63,740 bases of DNA, filler included, from Octopus bimaculoides (GCF_001194135.2; 6 parts of 5 records of this genome joined end to end with filler, not necessarily neighbours in it); one strand, 5' to 3'; positions 39,087-53,266 are shown, numbered from the whole stretch's first letter. Numbers and translations are program-made. The notes: a model not told the origin generated them from the sequence alone.

Positions 39087-42000
39087 NNNNNNNNNNNNNN
39101 NNNNNNNNNNNNNNNNNNNNNNNNNNNNNNTTAATTAATTAANNNNNNNNNNNNNNNNNNNNNNNNNNNNNNNNNNNNNNNNNNNNGTTTACGTGCGGTG
39201 TGTATATGTATATATATATACATATATATATGAGTTATGCGTAAGCGACTTCAAGTTTCATATTCGGATAGTGCGGAGTAGTCGGATAGATTTCTATAAC
39301 GTGCCGTGTGAGGTCCTGTAAACGTTCAGGCTCGTATGACATGCCTATTCCAAGTAAAAGAAAAAAAAAAAAAACAGAAAAGAAAATGACAAAAAGAAAT
39401 GAGAAGAATATGTTAAGAAACCTTTTAAAGGAAAGAAGGTTTTCAGGTTGAGTCCATTTGACGCCTTATATGAAAACTATTCTCAATATTGAGAGTTTGC
39501 GCATAAAAATCTATGCCTAATGTTGTGTGGTCGATTGGGAGCGGGGAGGGTAAAATGCTTTAAACTGTGTGTCAAATTTGGTGAGGGAGCGTCTTCTAAT
39601 TCAATAACAGAACTTTTTCATGATGCAAACACCTCGTACAAATCTATGGTTCCGAGTTTAGAAGGTCAGTGAACTTCGATCTACTGAACATACATACTTA
39701 TTAAACAACCTTCAAAATGAAAGTTGATAGGTTTGAATGAATGTACTAACACACATATGGATGCAAGTATGTATGCATGTATAACTGTATGAGTGTATGT
39801 ATGTATATATGTATATGTTTGCATGTATGTATGTATGTAATTACGCATGCGTGTAAGTATGTATATATATATATATATATATATATTCATGATTGTGTAA
39901 TGTATATATACGTGTATGTATGCATGTATTACATCTGTTGATGATATACATTGTAAAAGGATATAAACTTCGATGATAAAATCGAAGCTGTTTATTTGGG
40001 AAATAATCCTCTGAGATATTTGTTCTGCAGCTAGTTATATAATCTCCTTTGCCACCCTCACCATCAGGCGTGCAATGAACCTGTAATTGGCTCGCTGGGA
40101 AACTATTCAAGAATACCGACATAAAAAAAAGTTAAATAAATCATAGAGAAGTTACAGAAGTATATTTTGAAATTCGTCGACTTCTCACCATTTCCTATCA
40201 TTGTGAAGTTTATTTTACAATTCTAAATGTCATCACTCTGTAGTTATACATTAACTCTGTCTAAAGGGAGCTGTATTCTAACATTCAATTCTAAATATCG
40301 TGTACGTCGTCGTCGCTTGGGAAATGAATCTGCTACAATAGAATAAGAGTTCAAAGGTTCAAACATTTATTGACATTTTTAGAAAACAATAAAACACCAA
40401 GCAATTTTATGTGTCAATCTGATGAATGACTTTTCAATCTAGTGAAACAGAGTGGTAACGTTTTTTATGACAGTTCCTTATGGGGATTTGTATGTTTTCT
40501 GTTGAAAATGAACGAACTATAAATGAAAGAGATTTAGAATGAAAATATGTGGTTTTACATCCGCCCACTCATTTCAACGAAAGATAATTTAATTAAATAT
40601 ATTCAACTGAGCAAAAACATTTTCATTGAAGCAGAGAAAGTAATAATATAAAGGCAGACACAGGATCAGCAGTAATTCTAGCAGAAACAACAGCAGCAAT
40701 ATTAGCAGTAGCAGTAACATCATCAGCAGCAAGTGGCAGCGGCAAAAGCAGCAGTAACACAAACAGTATGAGCAGCAGCATCAGTAGCGATCAAAACATC
40801 AGCAACGTGAAATAAAAGACGAAGAGAAATGAGTGAAAGCCATAGCAATTAATCAAGGTAAATTTCCTCATAATATATTCATAAAGTTTGAGCTGAGAGA
40901 GGGCAAAAACACAAAACTAAAAGTCTGACAGTTGTTTGACAAAAACTATGCCCTGCATGCCGGGGGAAAATACTAGATTTTACAGGATCGATTCAATCGA
41001 CAAAAGCATTGCCCTAAAAACACATATGTGATCTCATAAGAAATCAGTACAGCCACAGGACATGAAGAGCCCCATAAAACACCGACTCACACACACACAA
41101 GATAGACTTACTAGTAATTTACTCCACGACCTGGTTTCAATATACGTTTGACGTCAATGCACTTGACTTACTTTGGAAATGCCCTTTAGACATGCATGAC
41201 TCTCAATAAAATCTATTTCACTTCCATCACATATGAGTTGCATTGCATCTATATCACGTACACACACACACACACGCCTGCGCACGCATAATATATATAT
41301 ATGTATGCATGTATGTGTGTATGTATGTATGTATGCACGCATTATGTATCTATGTATGTAAGTATGTATGAGCATAATCGTATACGGTTGAAGCAAATAT
41401 TGTGTAAGTCCTCTGTTTTGCACTCTTTTGGCAAATCAAATGTTATTGTAAGATCAAGGTGGACATTATGAGTGGGAAGAGAATCTATTGCAAAAGAGAA
41501 AGCAGCTAGTTACATGATCACTGGAACGTGACTGCATGTCTGGAATTCCTTTGTACATTTGCTACAATTGTGACTATGATGTAAATATATCAATAAATAA
41601 ACAAAGTGAATGCCATGAATGTGTTTTATGAAACAATAAGAGATCAACAGAATGTGTGGATTTCAAAACATAACTGTTTGGTTAGTCATGCATCAAGCAT
41701 AGTTTAAAAGAACTGAGCGATCTGATTCCTAACTGGAAGGTAGCTATCATGTAAATATCATTAATATTTTGATGTCTAATTCATGAACTCAAATTTACCA
41801 AACAATATCAAAAGAAAGTTGATGAAATCAGTAGAATAATAGTAGAAAGTGAAAAAGATGTCTGGAAAAAAGAAAGGAAGAAAGAAAAAGGAAATAGCAG
41901 GTAGTTCCGTTTGGTGGATGGTATTTGATCAAAGGACTGCGTAAATAAGATTATCCTAGGGTTATATAAAAAAAAAAACAGAATAAAAAGCAATGAAAAC

Positions 42001-42162
42001 AAGAAATATATGACATTTCACCAAGGAGTGAAGAGTTTCGTCGAAGATGCACATTGGGCTTCATCTTTGAGTGCTTTAACCCATCCTTTTTCGAATCACG
42101 TCACACAGAACAAAACGATAAAAATATTCAGCATATCATAAGTTTTTTAAAAGTAGTATTAT

Positions 42163-42348
42163 ATTGCTTTCAAGTTTTGGCACAAGGCCAGCAATTTCGG
42201 AAGAGAAGTAAGGGTAATTCGATCGCATCAACCCCATGCTCAATTGATACTTATTTTATCGACTCCGAAAGGATGAAAAGCTAAGTCGATCTCAGCGGAC
42301 TTTTAAAACTCAGATCGTAAAGACGGACGATTCTGCCAGCTCACCGCC
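42163..42348 (-). mobile_element. SINE family A with an internal deletion
   Basis: Family motifs present; about 35 nt missing in the tRNA-like head. Confidence 0.8.
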
Positions 42349-43255
42349 TTAAAGTAGTATTATATCAAAAAGCGAGTTTTTAAATTGCTTTAAGGTAGAG
42401 ATGGTCATAAGCATTGCACTTTGCTGCAAAAGAATACACACACACCAGCGAAATACATTAAAACATTCCAGTTTTTGTAAATACCGAGGTGATTTATTAC
42501 TAGTCTCAAAAACTCGCAGCGTTACTACAAGTGTCATTTGACTACAAAGACTAAAGCTAGTAAATATATTCACTTCTGTTGCTTTGGAACAACTGTGAAA
42601 AGATGTAGGTTAAATGGATTCTAGTGTAATAATGCTACTTATTACAGATTATTGTTGATGTTTAACCGTATGTCAGCTCGGACTAAACAAAATATGTAAT
42701 TAAAGACACACAAGCCATAACAATCTGGCCTTATTTTCAGACAGCGAAAGAGGACTACAGCGAGCGGCAGAAAAACCTTCCATATTTTGCACAGTCACCA
42801 GGGAAATTTGAGAGATGGTGATGGTATCTTCATGTAGCTAACATTTTATTTTTCTCAGTTAGCATTGTGCGTTTGCTGTTGAAACAGTTATTAAAAATGT
42901 TGAACCTAAGTATTTTTCTCCATATCCTCTATATTTAATATGCCATTTCGTCTTGTATTATTTTAGATTGTAAATTAAGTTATTTCTAGCAATTTGTGCT
43001 ATTACGTAGATGCTCCATATTCAACGTAATCGGGTTTGTAATGGGCTGAAAGTAACAATGTAAGGTAATTAACTCGCCACTGTACCATTTCTTCCAACGC
43101 ATCGTTCTTTAAAAAAAATGTGAGATGGCTCCGGTTGTTCAAGGATCGATCCATCACTGGACGCAGATGAAGTGATGGTGATATATAAATAAAACTACGT
43201 CTACCTTATTAACACTTCCAAAAGAAACTGAAACCAGCAGGTGACATTCAGAAGA

Positions 43256-43420
43256 GTAGGTGTGACTGTGTGACTAAGCAGTTCGCTTTGAATATAATTA
43301 GTTTCTGGTTACAATCCACTAAAGGGCACTTTGGATAAGTGTCTTTATTTTAACCATAGGTCGACTAAAATCTTATGAATGAAAATTGGTAGATGGAAAC
43401 TGTGAAAAAACTTGTTTGAT
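43256..43420 (+). mobile_element. SINE family B degraded 5' half
   Basis: gtgtgactgtgtgactaag...ggtagatggaaactgtg. Confidence 0.65.
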
Positions 43421-44492
43421 AGAATATTTCTGTTCCTGAGGAGCAGACTTAATCTGTTGAACGCGACCCTTAACTGCGTTTAGCAGAGTCCACTGAGTTG
43501 CAAGGATTCGAGTCAGGTTTTAGATTTGAAAAGCGTGTTGGTTACTGCTCTTCCTCTTAAAGCCATTATAAAAAAAGAAAACAACGAACCTTGAAGTCAG
43601 TAGAAGTCAATGTTATAGTGTTATGATCTATTCCGATCTTTTCATTAAATTTACGTAAATGCTTTCATAAATATTAGAGTCTTTAGAGTTGGTACTTAAC
43701 TCCAGTTTCCCAGAGGTTAAATCAAAATGAGTTTAATCCACTTGTCAGAAGAAACGTTGAAGGTACGTATTCCACAAATTGAGAGTTGTCTGGGTCCTGA
43801 ATACATTCGGTAGAAGTGGTCAGTGAGCAAATCAGAATGTAAATGAATATTTACTCCAAGAACACAGAACATACTTCTAGATTCGTTAAATGCATAAGAG
43901 ATAAATATAACTCCTATTTTTTCTTCGACCCTATTACCTTTATCTCTGGTCCTTGGAGCTGGCTAATCTCATAACACCTTAACTCAAGCCCACGTCATTG
44001 ATTCACTTATATCTCCCATTATCACACATATTATATCCGCTGTAGGTCTCTACACGAACAATTTTTCTAGCCCTTACATTCCAGAATAGAACGCTTTCTT
44101 TCTGGAAATAACTCCATATCCATGTTTTTTATTTATTTAGTCGTCAACGTACAATTTTTCAAAAGCAACACCAACTACATTGCACTCTCACGAGTTTCGG
44201 AAGTTAATATGTACAGCGTCCTTCCTCTAGGATAAATCATAAAAGCAAAAACGCCGGTCAATTTTCTGTATCCACAGCTAAATAAAATTGTCCATATTCT
44301 TTGAAAACTTGTTAAATAAGTTACAAAGTTCAGAACTAAAATGTCGTCTAAATGCCTTTCAAAACACTTTCAGTGGTTTTGAACGTAAGACCCATGATGC
44401 TACTAGTCTAAAGTCGTATCTATTCTGTTTTGTTTCTCCGATAACTAAATACTTGACTCACGCATTCGTTGTTTGTAAAGCAGTAAATATTA

Positions 44493-44996
44493 CAGGATGA
44501 CTCCAAAAAAGCAGAAGCCATAAAAATTTTATTAAATCCTACAATTCGGTCTGTGTACGATCATTCCCTTTGCATAAAAGTCATGTTCTTTTCAAAATAT
44601 GCTCCAAATGTCCTCCGCCATGTCCTGATACCACGTTTAGAGATTGCTACCCATGCTATGCACTTTGTTGAGTGGACGACCTCTGAAACACTTTATCCGG
44701 TGCGGATGTACCCCAATAAACATTATTTTTACAGTTTACATGTCCTGATAGCAAAAAGTGCGCTTCGTCAGAGAACCAAATATGATCCAAGAAGTCTGGA
44801 TTGTCTTCGATTGTCTCACAAAACCATTCATACATGGTAAGGCATTTTCCATGTCTGCCTTTGTAAGTTTTTGTTTTATTTAGATCTGGTAAGGATACAA
44901 ATGTAGATCTGGTTTAAGAAGAAAAAAAAAAGAAGAATTAAAATTAGCAGTTTTATTCAAAGATTTGTGGGTTCTGGTTTTGGAGGGGTCACCCTG
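44493..44996 (-). mobile_element. Internally deleted Tc1/mariner element (DD41D/rosa-like) with both TIRs
   Basis: TA at 44491-92 and 44997-98. Imperfect TIRs CAGGATGACTCCAAAAAAGCAGAAGCC and CAGGGTGACCCCTCCAAAACCAGAACC. Internal IWFSDEAHFLLSGHVNCKNNVYWG, WVAISKRGI and C-terminal GGHLEHIL. Confidence 0.85.
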
Positions 44997-45439
44997 TATA
45001 ACAGCAGCGAAATCTCGCTGAGTGAACGAAATCTAGTTGTTGATAAGGTTTTCTCAATGTCACAGTTTTGGTTAAACGACCGACTACATATAAAACTGCA
45101 TATAAAACTCGTTAATTTCATCTTCAAGTATCTATCGATATATATCGATCTGTGGCCAATGCAAATAATATACAACGAGAACACATCTAAGTACATTGGT
45201 AGAATGAATGTGTGGTGCAGTAGGAAAAAATGTCTACATAAATTATCTGACTTGCTGTTTAACCCTAGGTTTAGCCTCAGATTCAGCAGACGTAGGGTGA
45301 AAAGTGGCTTCAGTCGTAACCTTAACCCATCTACTCAAGGACTGCATTGTCGAATGTGTCCTTCCCTAACTAAGGCACGAAGGGGTGCTATGAGCGATAT
45401 TTGGCTGGTATATCTAGTAGTTCAATGGGTACGTAAAGG

Positions 45440-45860
45440 AATATTCATTGGCTCGAAATGATCTAAGATGTTGTTTAACCCCGAGTAAGTTCCGATCGGA
45501 CAAACCTAAGACAAAAGCTTTCCAGCAGTGACCATTCCGTCTTGTGTGTAGACCGTGTGTCTATGTACTGTGTACTTCCTTATACAAGACAGTCGTGCGT
45601 GATTCGATAGAGAGATAGAGATGTAGCTGTTATTTCTAGTAGTTGATCGATTACACTGACACAAGTTTGTTGGTTAGCTTTGATTATGCAGACATATCAT
45701 TAAAGGCATTCCAACCGTAACCATCCAGTATTTCTCTCATATGTAGTTAACCCCGAAATACGTTTTTCCGTGTGTTCTTTTCATACATGGCAGGTGAAAT
45801 TTGAGGGAGATTTATCTGCTATTTCTAGCAGGTCTAATGACACATAGAAGCTTTTTATGT
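45440..45860 (+). repeat. Dispersed repeat family with motifs aaaggcattcca.c.gt.accat and gctgctatttctagcaggtc
   Basis: Degenerate copies also at about 6170-6240 (+), 9610-9645 (+), 12180-12215 (-), 20495-20545 (-), 20940-21070 (-) and 54725-54770 (-). Confidence 0.5.
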
Positions 45861-45989
45861 TTTAGTAATGTAAGGAGAAGTAGAATGACAGAGATACACT
45901 CAGATAATTAAGGTCATTGGATCAAAATATTATGTGGTGCATAATATATCGGATTAGAGCTAGACTGAGCAATTAATCGAGCCTTGTGT

Positions 45990-46368
45990 GTTGGCACTCC
46001 GTCGCTTACGACGTCGAGGGTTCCAGTTGATCCGATCAACGGAACAACCTGCTCGTGAAATTAACGTGCAAGTGGCTGAGCACTCCACAGGCACGTGTAC
46101 CCTTAACGTAGTTCTCGGGGATATTCAGCGTGACTCAGTGTGACAAGACTGACCCTTTGAATTACAGGTACAACAGAAACAGGAAGTAAGAGTGAGAGAA
46201 AGTTGTGGTGAAAGAGTACAGCAGGGTTCGCCACCATCCCCTGCCGGAGCCTCGTGGAGCTTTAGGCGTTTTCGCTCAATAAACACTCACAGTGCCCAGT
46301 CTGGGAATCGAAACCGCGATCTTATGACCGCAAGTTCGCTGCTCTAACCACTGGGCCATTGCGCCTCC
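45990..46368 (-). mobile_element. tRNA-derived SINE family C (~380 bp), full length
   Basis: Head GGAGGCGCAATGGCCCAGTGGTTAGAGCAGCG with A-box and B-box GGTTTCGATTCCC; tail GACGTCGTAAGCGACGGAGTGCCAAC. Confidence 0.92.
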
Positions 46369-47027
46369 ATTCAAGCCTATAAAAGGACGGAAATAGCAAA
46401 AGTTAAAATCTGGCACAGCAGCGAGTATTACATTGGTACAATGATGGGTGTGTACTTAAAGAAGTTCATATGATATCAGGTTTGGTTCCACTGCGCAGAA
46501 ATTCGCTACCCATTTCCTCCAATCAAATCAAACCATCTCAGTAAAACTGGCGAGAAGAATTAACTGTACTTATTCTTCAACAGTGTAAATAATCCGTTGA
46601 ATGGATTATCACTCAATCTCGGGTGCCTTTAAGAAGGTTCACTCTGTTAGAAACCATTCAAAGCAGGACTTTGGGCTGGAGTTAATCTTAAGAGTCATAG
46701 TTTCGCTTTTTTCTTTCTCGCCACCAGTTTCAGAACTTATGAAACAACAAAAACAAATAAAGGGATAAAAGAAAAAATATTATAGGTGACACCGTTTCTC
46801 GTCTGATTAAGGCATATTTCGTTATTGCTTGGAAACAATATAGAAGACCAGATAAAGGTTAAGGATATCCCAGTTTTATGAGAGCCCTATTGCTTTTCTC
46901 ACCGCATGGTTGTCTCTCTACGCTCACCTTGCTTGCCTTCATCGGCCGGAGTATAATAAAACAACAGAGGAATGCCGTTATTAGGAGTGGTCAGGAAGGT
47001 AAAAGAGGTGGATGAAATACTGTAACT

Positions 47028-47324
47028 CAGGGGTTTTCAAACTTTTTGACTTGCGGACCCCTTTATATTTCAGGCTTTACCCTAGGGACCCCCTTATAAA
47101 CGCTTATGAAATTTATGCATAAATAGTTGCTTAAAATAACATATATTTTTACATTTGTTTATTTAACAGTATTTAACAAATAGGTTTATTGTCAATTAAA
47201 AGATTTCGATTAAAAACCATATATAAAATCAAATTGCCCATAAAAAGTATTTGCTGTTCACGGACCCCCTGTCTTGTCCTTGCGGACCCCCTGTGGTCCG
47301 CGGACCACAGTTTGAAAACCACTG
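47028..47324. mobile_element. hAT-Charlie MITE (297 bp)
   Basis: TIRs CAGGGGTTTTCAAACT / AGTTTGAAAACCACTG (15 of 16). 8-bp TSD CTGTAACT / TTGTAACT with central TA. Subterminal GGACCCC repeats. Confidence 0.92.
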
Positions 47325-47988
47325 TTGTAACTCACTAAATTAAGGGAAGCTAAAGGAAGTCAAGAGAAGGTAAGATGCCTGAGATACACCAGCACATTAA
47401 TGGACCACGCAGAGCTATTTGCTGCCCAGAGGAATCTATGTTGCTTGTCTCACTGTGTTCTTCTCTTTACCCACTTTTCAATTACCTAAACAGTTTAAGA
47501 ATAATAAACTAACCGTCTGCGGTAAAAAAAATTGTTGATTGTTAGTCGTATGGTCTTTTTGAGCCGTCCCAATGTGAGAGCGGTTGCGTGTTTAGACAAT
47601 GGTCACACTAAAACTTTAATACAATTTTCAAATAATGTCTTAACTCGCATCCGTTATATTTACAAATGCATACCCAATAAATCAATAGAACGGTGTTCCT
47701 CGAACATAACTATTATGTGTAAGTGAAAATAGAGAATCCGAACGAGGGAGTGAGAGGGAGAGAGAGAGAGAGGGAGGGAGGAAATTACTTGGACGTAGAT
47801 AGATATATGAAATAAATTAAACAACTCACAATACATGAAATTATAATACAGATGGAAATTTCAGGAATCTGTAAAATGGAGATAAGCAAAATGTTTTAAG
47901 GTAAAACAAGGTCGATACGTGGAGCAGAGAAAAAGAAAAACAAACCACAATACGATCATGTATGTGTGTATGTGTGTGTGTATGTGTG

Positions 47989-48037
<49 letters not shown>

Positions 48038-48059
48038 GTGTGTGGGGGGGGGAGCGAGA

Positions 48060-48350
48060 GAGACGCAATAGTGCAGTGGTTAGGGCAGCGAACTCACGAT
48101 CGTAGGATCTCAGTTTCGATTCCCAGACCGGACGTTGTAATTGTTTGTTGAGCGGGAACACCTAATGCTCCACGAGGCTCCGGCATGCAGTGGTAGCGAA
48201 CCCTGCTGCATTCTTTCACCACAACTTTCTCTCACTCTTTCTTCCTGTTTCTGCTGTTCCTGTATTTCGAAGGGCCAGCCTTGACACACTCTGTGTCACG
48301 TTGAATCTCCCCGAGAACTACGTTAAGGGTACACGAGTCTGTGGAGTGCT
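48060..48350 (+). mobile_element. SINE family C (runs into a gap)
   Basis: Collinear with the reverse complement of 45990-46368. Confidence 0.9.
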
Positions 48351-48904
48351 CNNNNNNNNNNNNNNNNNNNNNNNNNNNNNNNNNNNNNNNNNNNNNNNNN
48401 NNNNNNNNNNNNNNNNNNNNNNNNNNNNNNNNNNNNNNNNNNNNNNNNNNNNNNNNNNNNNNNNNNNNNNNNNNNNNNNNNNNNNNNNNNNNNNNNNNNN
48501 NNNNNNNNNNNNNNNNNNNNNNNNNNNNNNNNNNNNNNNNNNNNNNNNNNNNNNNNNNNNNNNNNNNNNNNNTATATATATTGTTATTTACACCACCTGT
48601 CCTCGTCTGTTGTTATTATTTGTATATTCTCCCATATATATATATATCTTTAGGTGTGTTGATGCAAACAGAAAAATAGAACTCAAAAATATGGGCATAT
48701 GCATATTTTTATTAATATTTATCAAAAGTAACAGAAAGTGCCAACACACGAAACTCTCGGACCTTGAGTCACTCTGTTAATTCTACTAAATATTAACACA
48801 CACACACACGCACGCACACAAACACACACACACATACATACATACATATATATATTCTTAGAAAGAACTTTTCCTCCACCACCTACCCTTCCGGTCCTTC
48901 CACA

Positions 48905-49112
48905 ATGTAACCTCGTGGACATCGGTGGCGAATTTTTCTTCCTCCGTTTTTCCCTTCTTTGAACTTTCCTTGTTTTCGACAAAGAGCTCCGGTCGAAACG
49001 TCATACTCTCTCTCTCTTTCCTTTCCCGAGCGTCTAGTAACACTATTTGTATCACGTCCTCACGTTGTTGTTTTTTTGTTATTGCTCTTTGTCTTTTTCC
49101 TTTTTTTGAACC
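48905..49112 (+). mobile_element. PLE pseudo-LTR-like repeat with a decayed minimal hammerhead (copy 2)
   Basis: TCGACAA-A-GAGCTCCGGTC-GAAACGTC at 48976-49002. Homologous to 5698-5872. Confidence 0.6.
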
Positions 49113-49134
49113 TATATATATATAAATAAATAGA

Positions 49135-49342
49135 GCGGCGAGCTGGTAGAATCGTTAGCACGCCGGGCGGAATGCTTAGCAGTATTTCGTCTGCCGCAAA
49201 GCTCTGAGCTTAAATTCCACCGAGGTCGACTTCGCCTTTCATCCTTTCGGCGTCCATAAATTAAGTACCATTGAAACACTGGAGTCGATGAAACCGATTA
49301 TCCCCCTTCCTCAAATTTCAGGCCCTGTGACTATAGTGGAAC
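49135..49342 (+). mobile_element. SINE family A
   Basis: GCGGCGAGCTGGTAGAATCGTTAGCACGCCGGG... Confidence 0.9.
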
Positions 49343-50807
49343 CGCCATATATATATATATATTCGCATGTGAGTGTGCGTAAATATGCATGTGTGTATGG
49401 GCGCCCATATAGACACATCAATACTATGCTTTTATATAAGTGTAAATCCCAGACCTTAACCGTCACTTCAATAGTTAATGGATTGTATTAGAGAATAGTT
49501 TAAGCAGTCATAAACGTTTGTCATTTTTGACAATCTTACAAGGGACCTTAATAAACATTTACGTCTTAGGAGTATATTTAATAAATTTCATATATATATA
49601 TATATACCAAAAAAATTTTATAACATTTTTCTGACATAATTTAAATATATACTTTAACCATGTAACACAAGCCTTCTGTAGTTTTTTCACTCTTATTATC
49701 TTTTATACATCCAACCACGTGCTTTCACATACCAACTTTCNNNNNNNNNNNNNNNNNNNNNNNNNNNNNNNNNNNNNNNNNNNNTTAATTAATTAANNNN
49801 NNNNNNNNNNNNNNNNNNNNNNNNNNNNNNNNNNNNNNNNTATATATATATACATACATGTTTATGTTTGTGTACATACATTATATATACACAGAAACAT
49901 ACACAAATACACACATATATATATATGTATATATGTATATATATATACACACACATGTATAAAAATATATGTAAATTTACACACATATGTATTGCTATAT
50001 GTGTATGTGTGTGTGTGTATGTTTATGTATGTGTGTGTGTATACATATGCATATGCATATACATTAATGCACACACATTTGAATATATGTGTATATATGC
50101 ATACATACCTAAATATGCGTATACTTGTATGGATGTGCATTTATATCTATCTATATATAAATATATATGTGAAAGTGTGTCTGTGTGTCTGTGTATGTGT
50201 GTGTACTCTAACGCATATGTATACATACAAGTTCGTGTGTGATATATTCATGTGCGTGCACAGCAAAATACACTTTTCTAGTATAGCATATCACATGACC
50301 ACAGTTAACCAATCGTTAATTAAACGTTCAAACCAGAAAAAGAAACAAGTAAATATCTTGAAAATGAAATTTAAAAGAAAAACAGAAGCAGAAATCATAA
50401 AACAACGAAACAAAAAACTTTGTTCCATAACTGGAAAACAAAGTTGGAATATTTTTACACGGAAGACGATTTTTTGCACCCACCGGATAACTTTACTTCA
50501 AAGTGATTCACCATATAGATTGATATCATATCAGTGTTCGTCGGTCTTTTCATTTTCATGTATTTTCCTCAGAGTTTTGTTTTTCGTAGCTGTAGGAATG
50601 TGAGATCTAGGATTGGGTTAGTGACTTTAACCTTCTCTTTGTGTATCTAGTTTTGCCTTTATCGATGACACATCAGTGTATGTGCAAGATAATTCAATTG
50701 AAGTTGCTTTCTGTTTTACAGTATGTAGCCAATATAATTGTGAAGATATGACATGTACTTAGAAAGATGAATACATATATATATATATACATATATATAT
50801 ACATGAT

Positions 50808-50839
<32 letters not shown>

Positions 50840-51204
50840 TATATNNNNNNNNNNNNNNNNNNNNNNNNNNNNNNNNNNNNNNNNNNNNNNNNNNNNNNNN
50901 NNNNNNNNNNNNNNNNNNNNNNNNNNNNNNNNNNNNNNNNNNNNNNNNNNNNNNNNNNNNNNNNNNNNNNNNNNNNNNNNNNNNNNNNNNNNNNNNNNNN
51001 NNNNNNNNNNNNNNNNNNNNNNNNNNNNNNNNNNNNNNNNNNNNNNNNNNNNNNNNNNNNNNNNNNNNNNNNNNNNNNNNNNNNNNNNNNNNNNNNNNNN
51101 NNNNNNNTATATACCTATATATATGCATATTCATACACACATATATATAAATATATGTATGTGTATATATATGCATATATATAAGTGTGTATATATACAT
51201 ATAC

Positions 51205-51254
<50 letters not shown>

Positions 51255-51507
51255 GGTGTGATGAATAGAATAATGTAAAATGGTTCTGTTGCAAGACACT
51301 GTAGAAATAAATGTACGTAGGCTTGTCTATGTAGCATACATATGCATACATGCATATATGCATATTTATAAATGTATATATATATATATGCATACACAAA
51401 CATACAGGCACATATATACGCGCACACTCGCACGTACATACGCAAAGACCCACATTCATATATATTTGTCATATGTACGTACATGTAAATGTTATATATA
51501 TATATAG

Positions 51508-51720
51508 GGTGACGAGCTGGCAGAAACGTTAGCATACCGGTCGAAATGCTTAGTGGTATTTCGTCTGTCTTCATGTTCTGAGTTCAAGTTCCGCCGAGGT
51601 CAACTTTACATTTCATCCTTTCGGGGTCGATGAATTAAGTACCAGTTGCGTAATGGAGTCGATCTAATCGACTGGCCTCTCCCCTAAAATTTTGGGCCTT
51701 GTGCCTAGAGTGGAAAAGAT
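51508..51720 (+). mobile_element. SINE family A
   Basis: Full-length, near consensus. Confidence 0.9.
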
Positions 51721-51919
51721 ATATATATATATATATCCGTGCATATGCAGATATATGAGAGTTTATATTTAAATGCATCTATGTGCATATTTGTGTTTAG
51801 GTGTGTGTGTGTACGCGTGCGTGTCCTACGAAGCACACCTAAATTCGCCTAAGCGATAACGACAAATGGCTGGCAAAAAAATATGCCTAATAAAAAAAAC
51901 ACTAACAGCAACAACAAAA

Positions 51920-52129
51920 GTGACTAGCTGATTACATTGTCCTCTCCTCCTCCCTCCGAAATAGAATTTCACTGGTGCTCGATTTATCGATCTCGAAAGG
52001 ATGAAAGGCAAAATCGACTTCGGCGGAATTTGAAATCCGAACGTATGGACGGACGAAATGGCGCTAAGCATTTTTCCAGTCTTGCTAATGATCCTGCCAG
52101 CTTGATCCCCCAACAACAACAACAACAAC

Positions 52130-52192
<63 letters not shown>

Positions 52193-52390
52193 CCCTCCTA
52201 CAAAAGGCATAAAGCCTGAAATTTTGTTGCAGCAGGTTGGTCAACTCTATCGAGGCCAGTGAGTATCTGATACTTATTTCATTGTTCTCGAATGGATGAA
52301 AGGCAAACTTGACCTGCGAGGAAGTTGAACTCAGAACGTAAGGACGGCGTGCTAAAAGATTCTGCCAACTCACTGTCTAAGCATCCTCCG
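51920..52390 (-). mobile_element. Two SINE family A copies (about 51920-52110 and 52200-52390) separated by (CAA)n(TAA)n
   Basis: GGATGAAAGGCAAA..CGAC...GAA.TTGAA motifs twice. Confidence 0.8.
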
Positions 52391-52444
52391 CCTTTGTGGC
52401 AAAAGAAATGGTAGAAGAAGAAGAAGAAGAAGAAGAAGAAGAAG

Positions 52445-52479
<35 letters not shown>

Positions 52480-52586
52480 GAACAACAACAACAACAACAA
52501 AGTAAAGGAAAAGGAGGAGGAATAAGTAGAAGTAAAATAGGAGAGTAGTAACAGTGGCGTTTTTAAAAATAGTAATAAAAATAACA

Positions 52587-52625
<39 letters not shown>

Positions 52626-52626
52626 T

Positions 52627-52678
<52 letters not shown>

Positions 52679-52850
52679 GATTGTGATGATGATGATGACG
52701 GTGATGATGATGATGATGATGATGAAGGTGATAATATTATAACTAGTAATAATAATAGGAGGACGAGGAGTGGGGGAGGAGAAGAATGTCGATGACGATG
52801 ACGATATTGATGATGACGAGAACGACGACGACGACGATGTCGACAATGAA
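52110..52850. repeat. Compound trinucleotide tracts (CAA, TAA, GAA, GAT, GAC)
   Basis: Direct inspection. Confidence 0.9.
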
Positions 52851-53221
52851 AGGGACAAAAAAAAAATCTGTATATCATGACTGGCAAAGATGCCATTTTG
52901 AAGAAATATATTCTAAATGATTTGATATTTTCGATAAACGACGGTATTTTTGTAGAAAACGTTCAAAGATGGCGGAAATAATATTAAGTAAGACGTGACG
53001 TATTGTTTTGCCTTTATTTCTGAGATTCTTGAATATTTGCCTTGTTTTTATTTCTGTTTTCTAGCTCTATCTACTTCACTTTAGTCTATCACTTATTAAC
53101 ACTTACCGCCTGCAGCTTAAGATGCGCGTGTACGTACAGGCACACATGCGCTCAATCCATATATATACATACATATATATATATATATACACACATATAA
53201 ACGCATATATATATGTATATA

Positions 53222-53266
<45 letters not shown>

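Noticed and set aside
42741-42823. AG...GT-bounded segment with one open frame (QRKRTTASGRKTFHILHSHQGNLRDGD); similar candidate at about 9699-9730
   Set aside because: No recognisable homology or neighbouring exons; splice-like signals are common in AT-rich DNA.
46290-46368. tRNA-like sequences at SINE heads (families A, B, C) and at about 22610-22650
   Set aside because: They have A/B boxes but no complete cloverleaf or acceptor stem and continue into SINE bodies; not tRNA genes.
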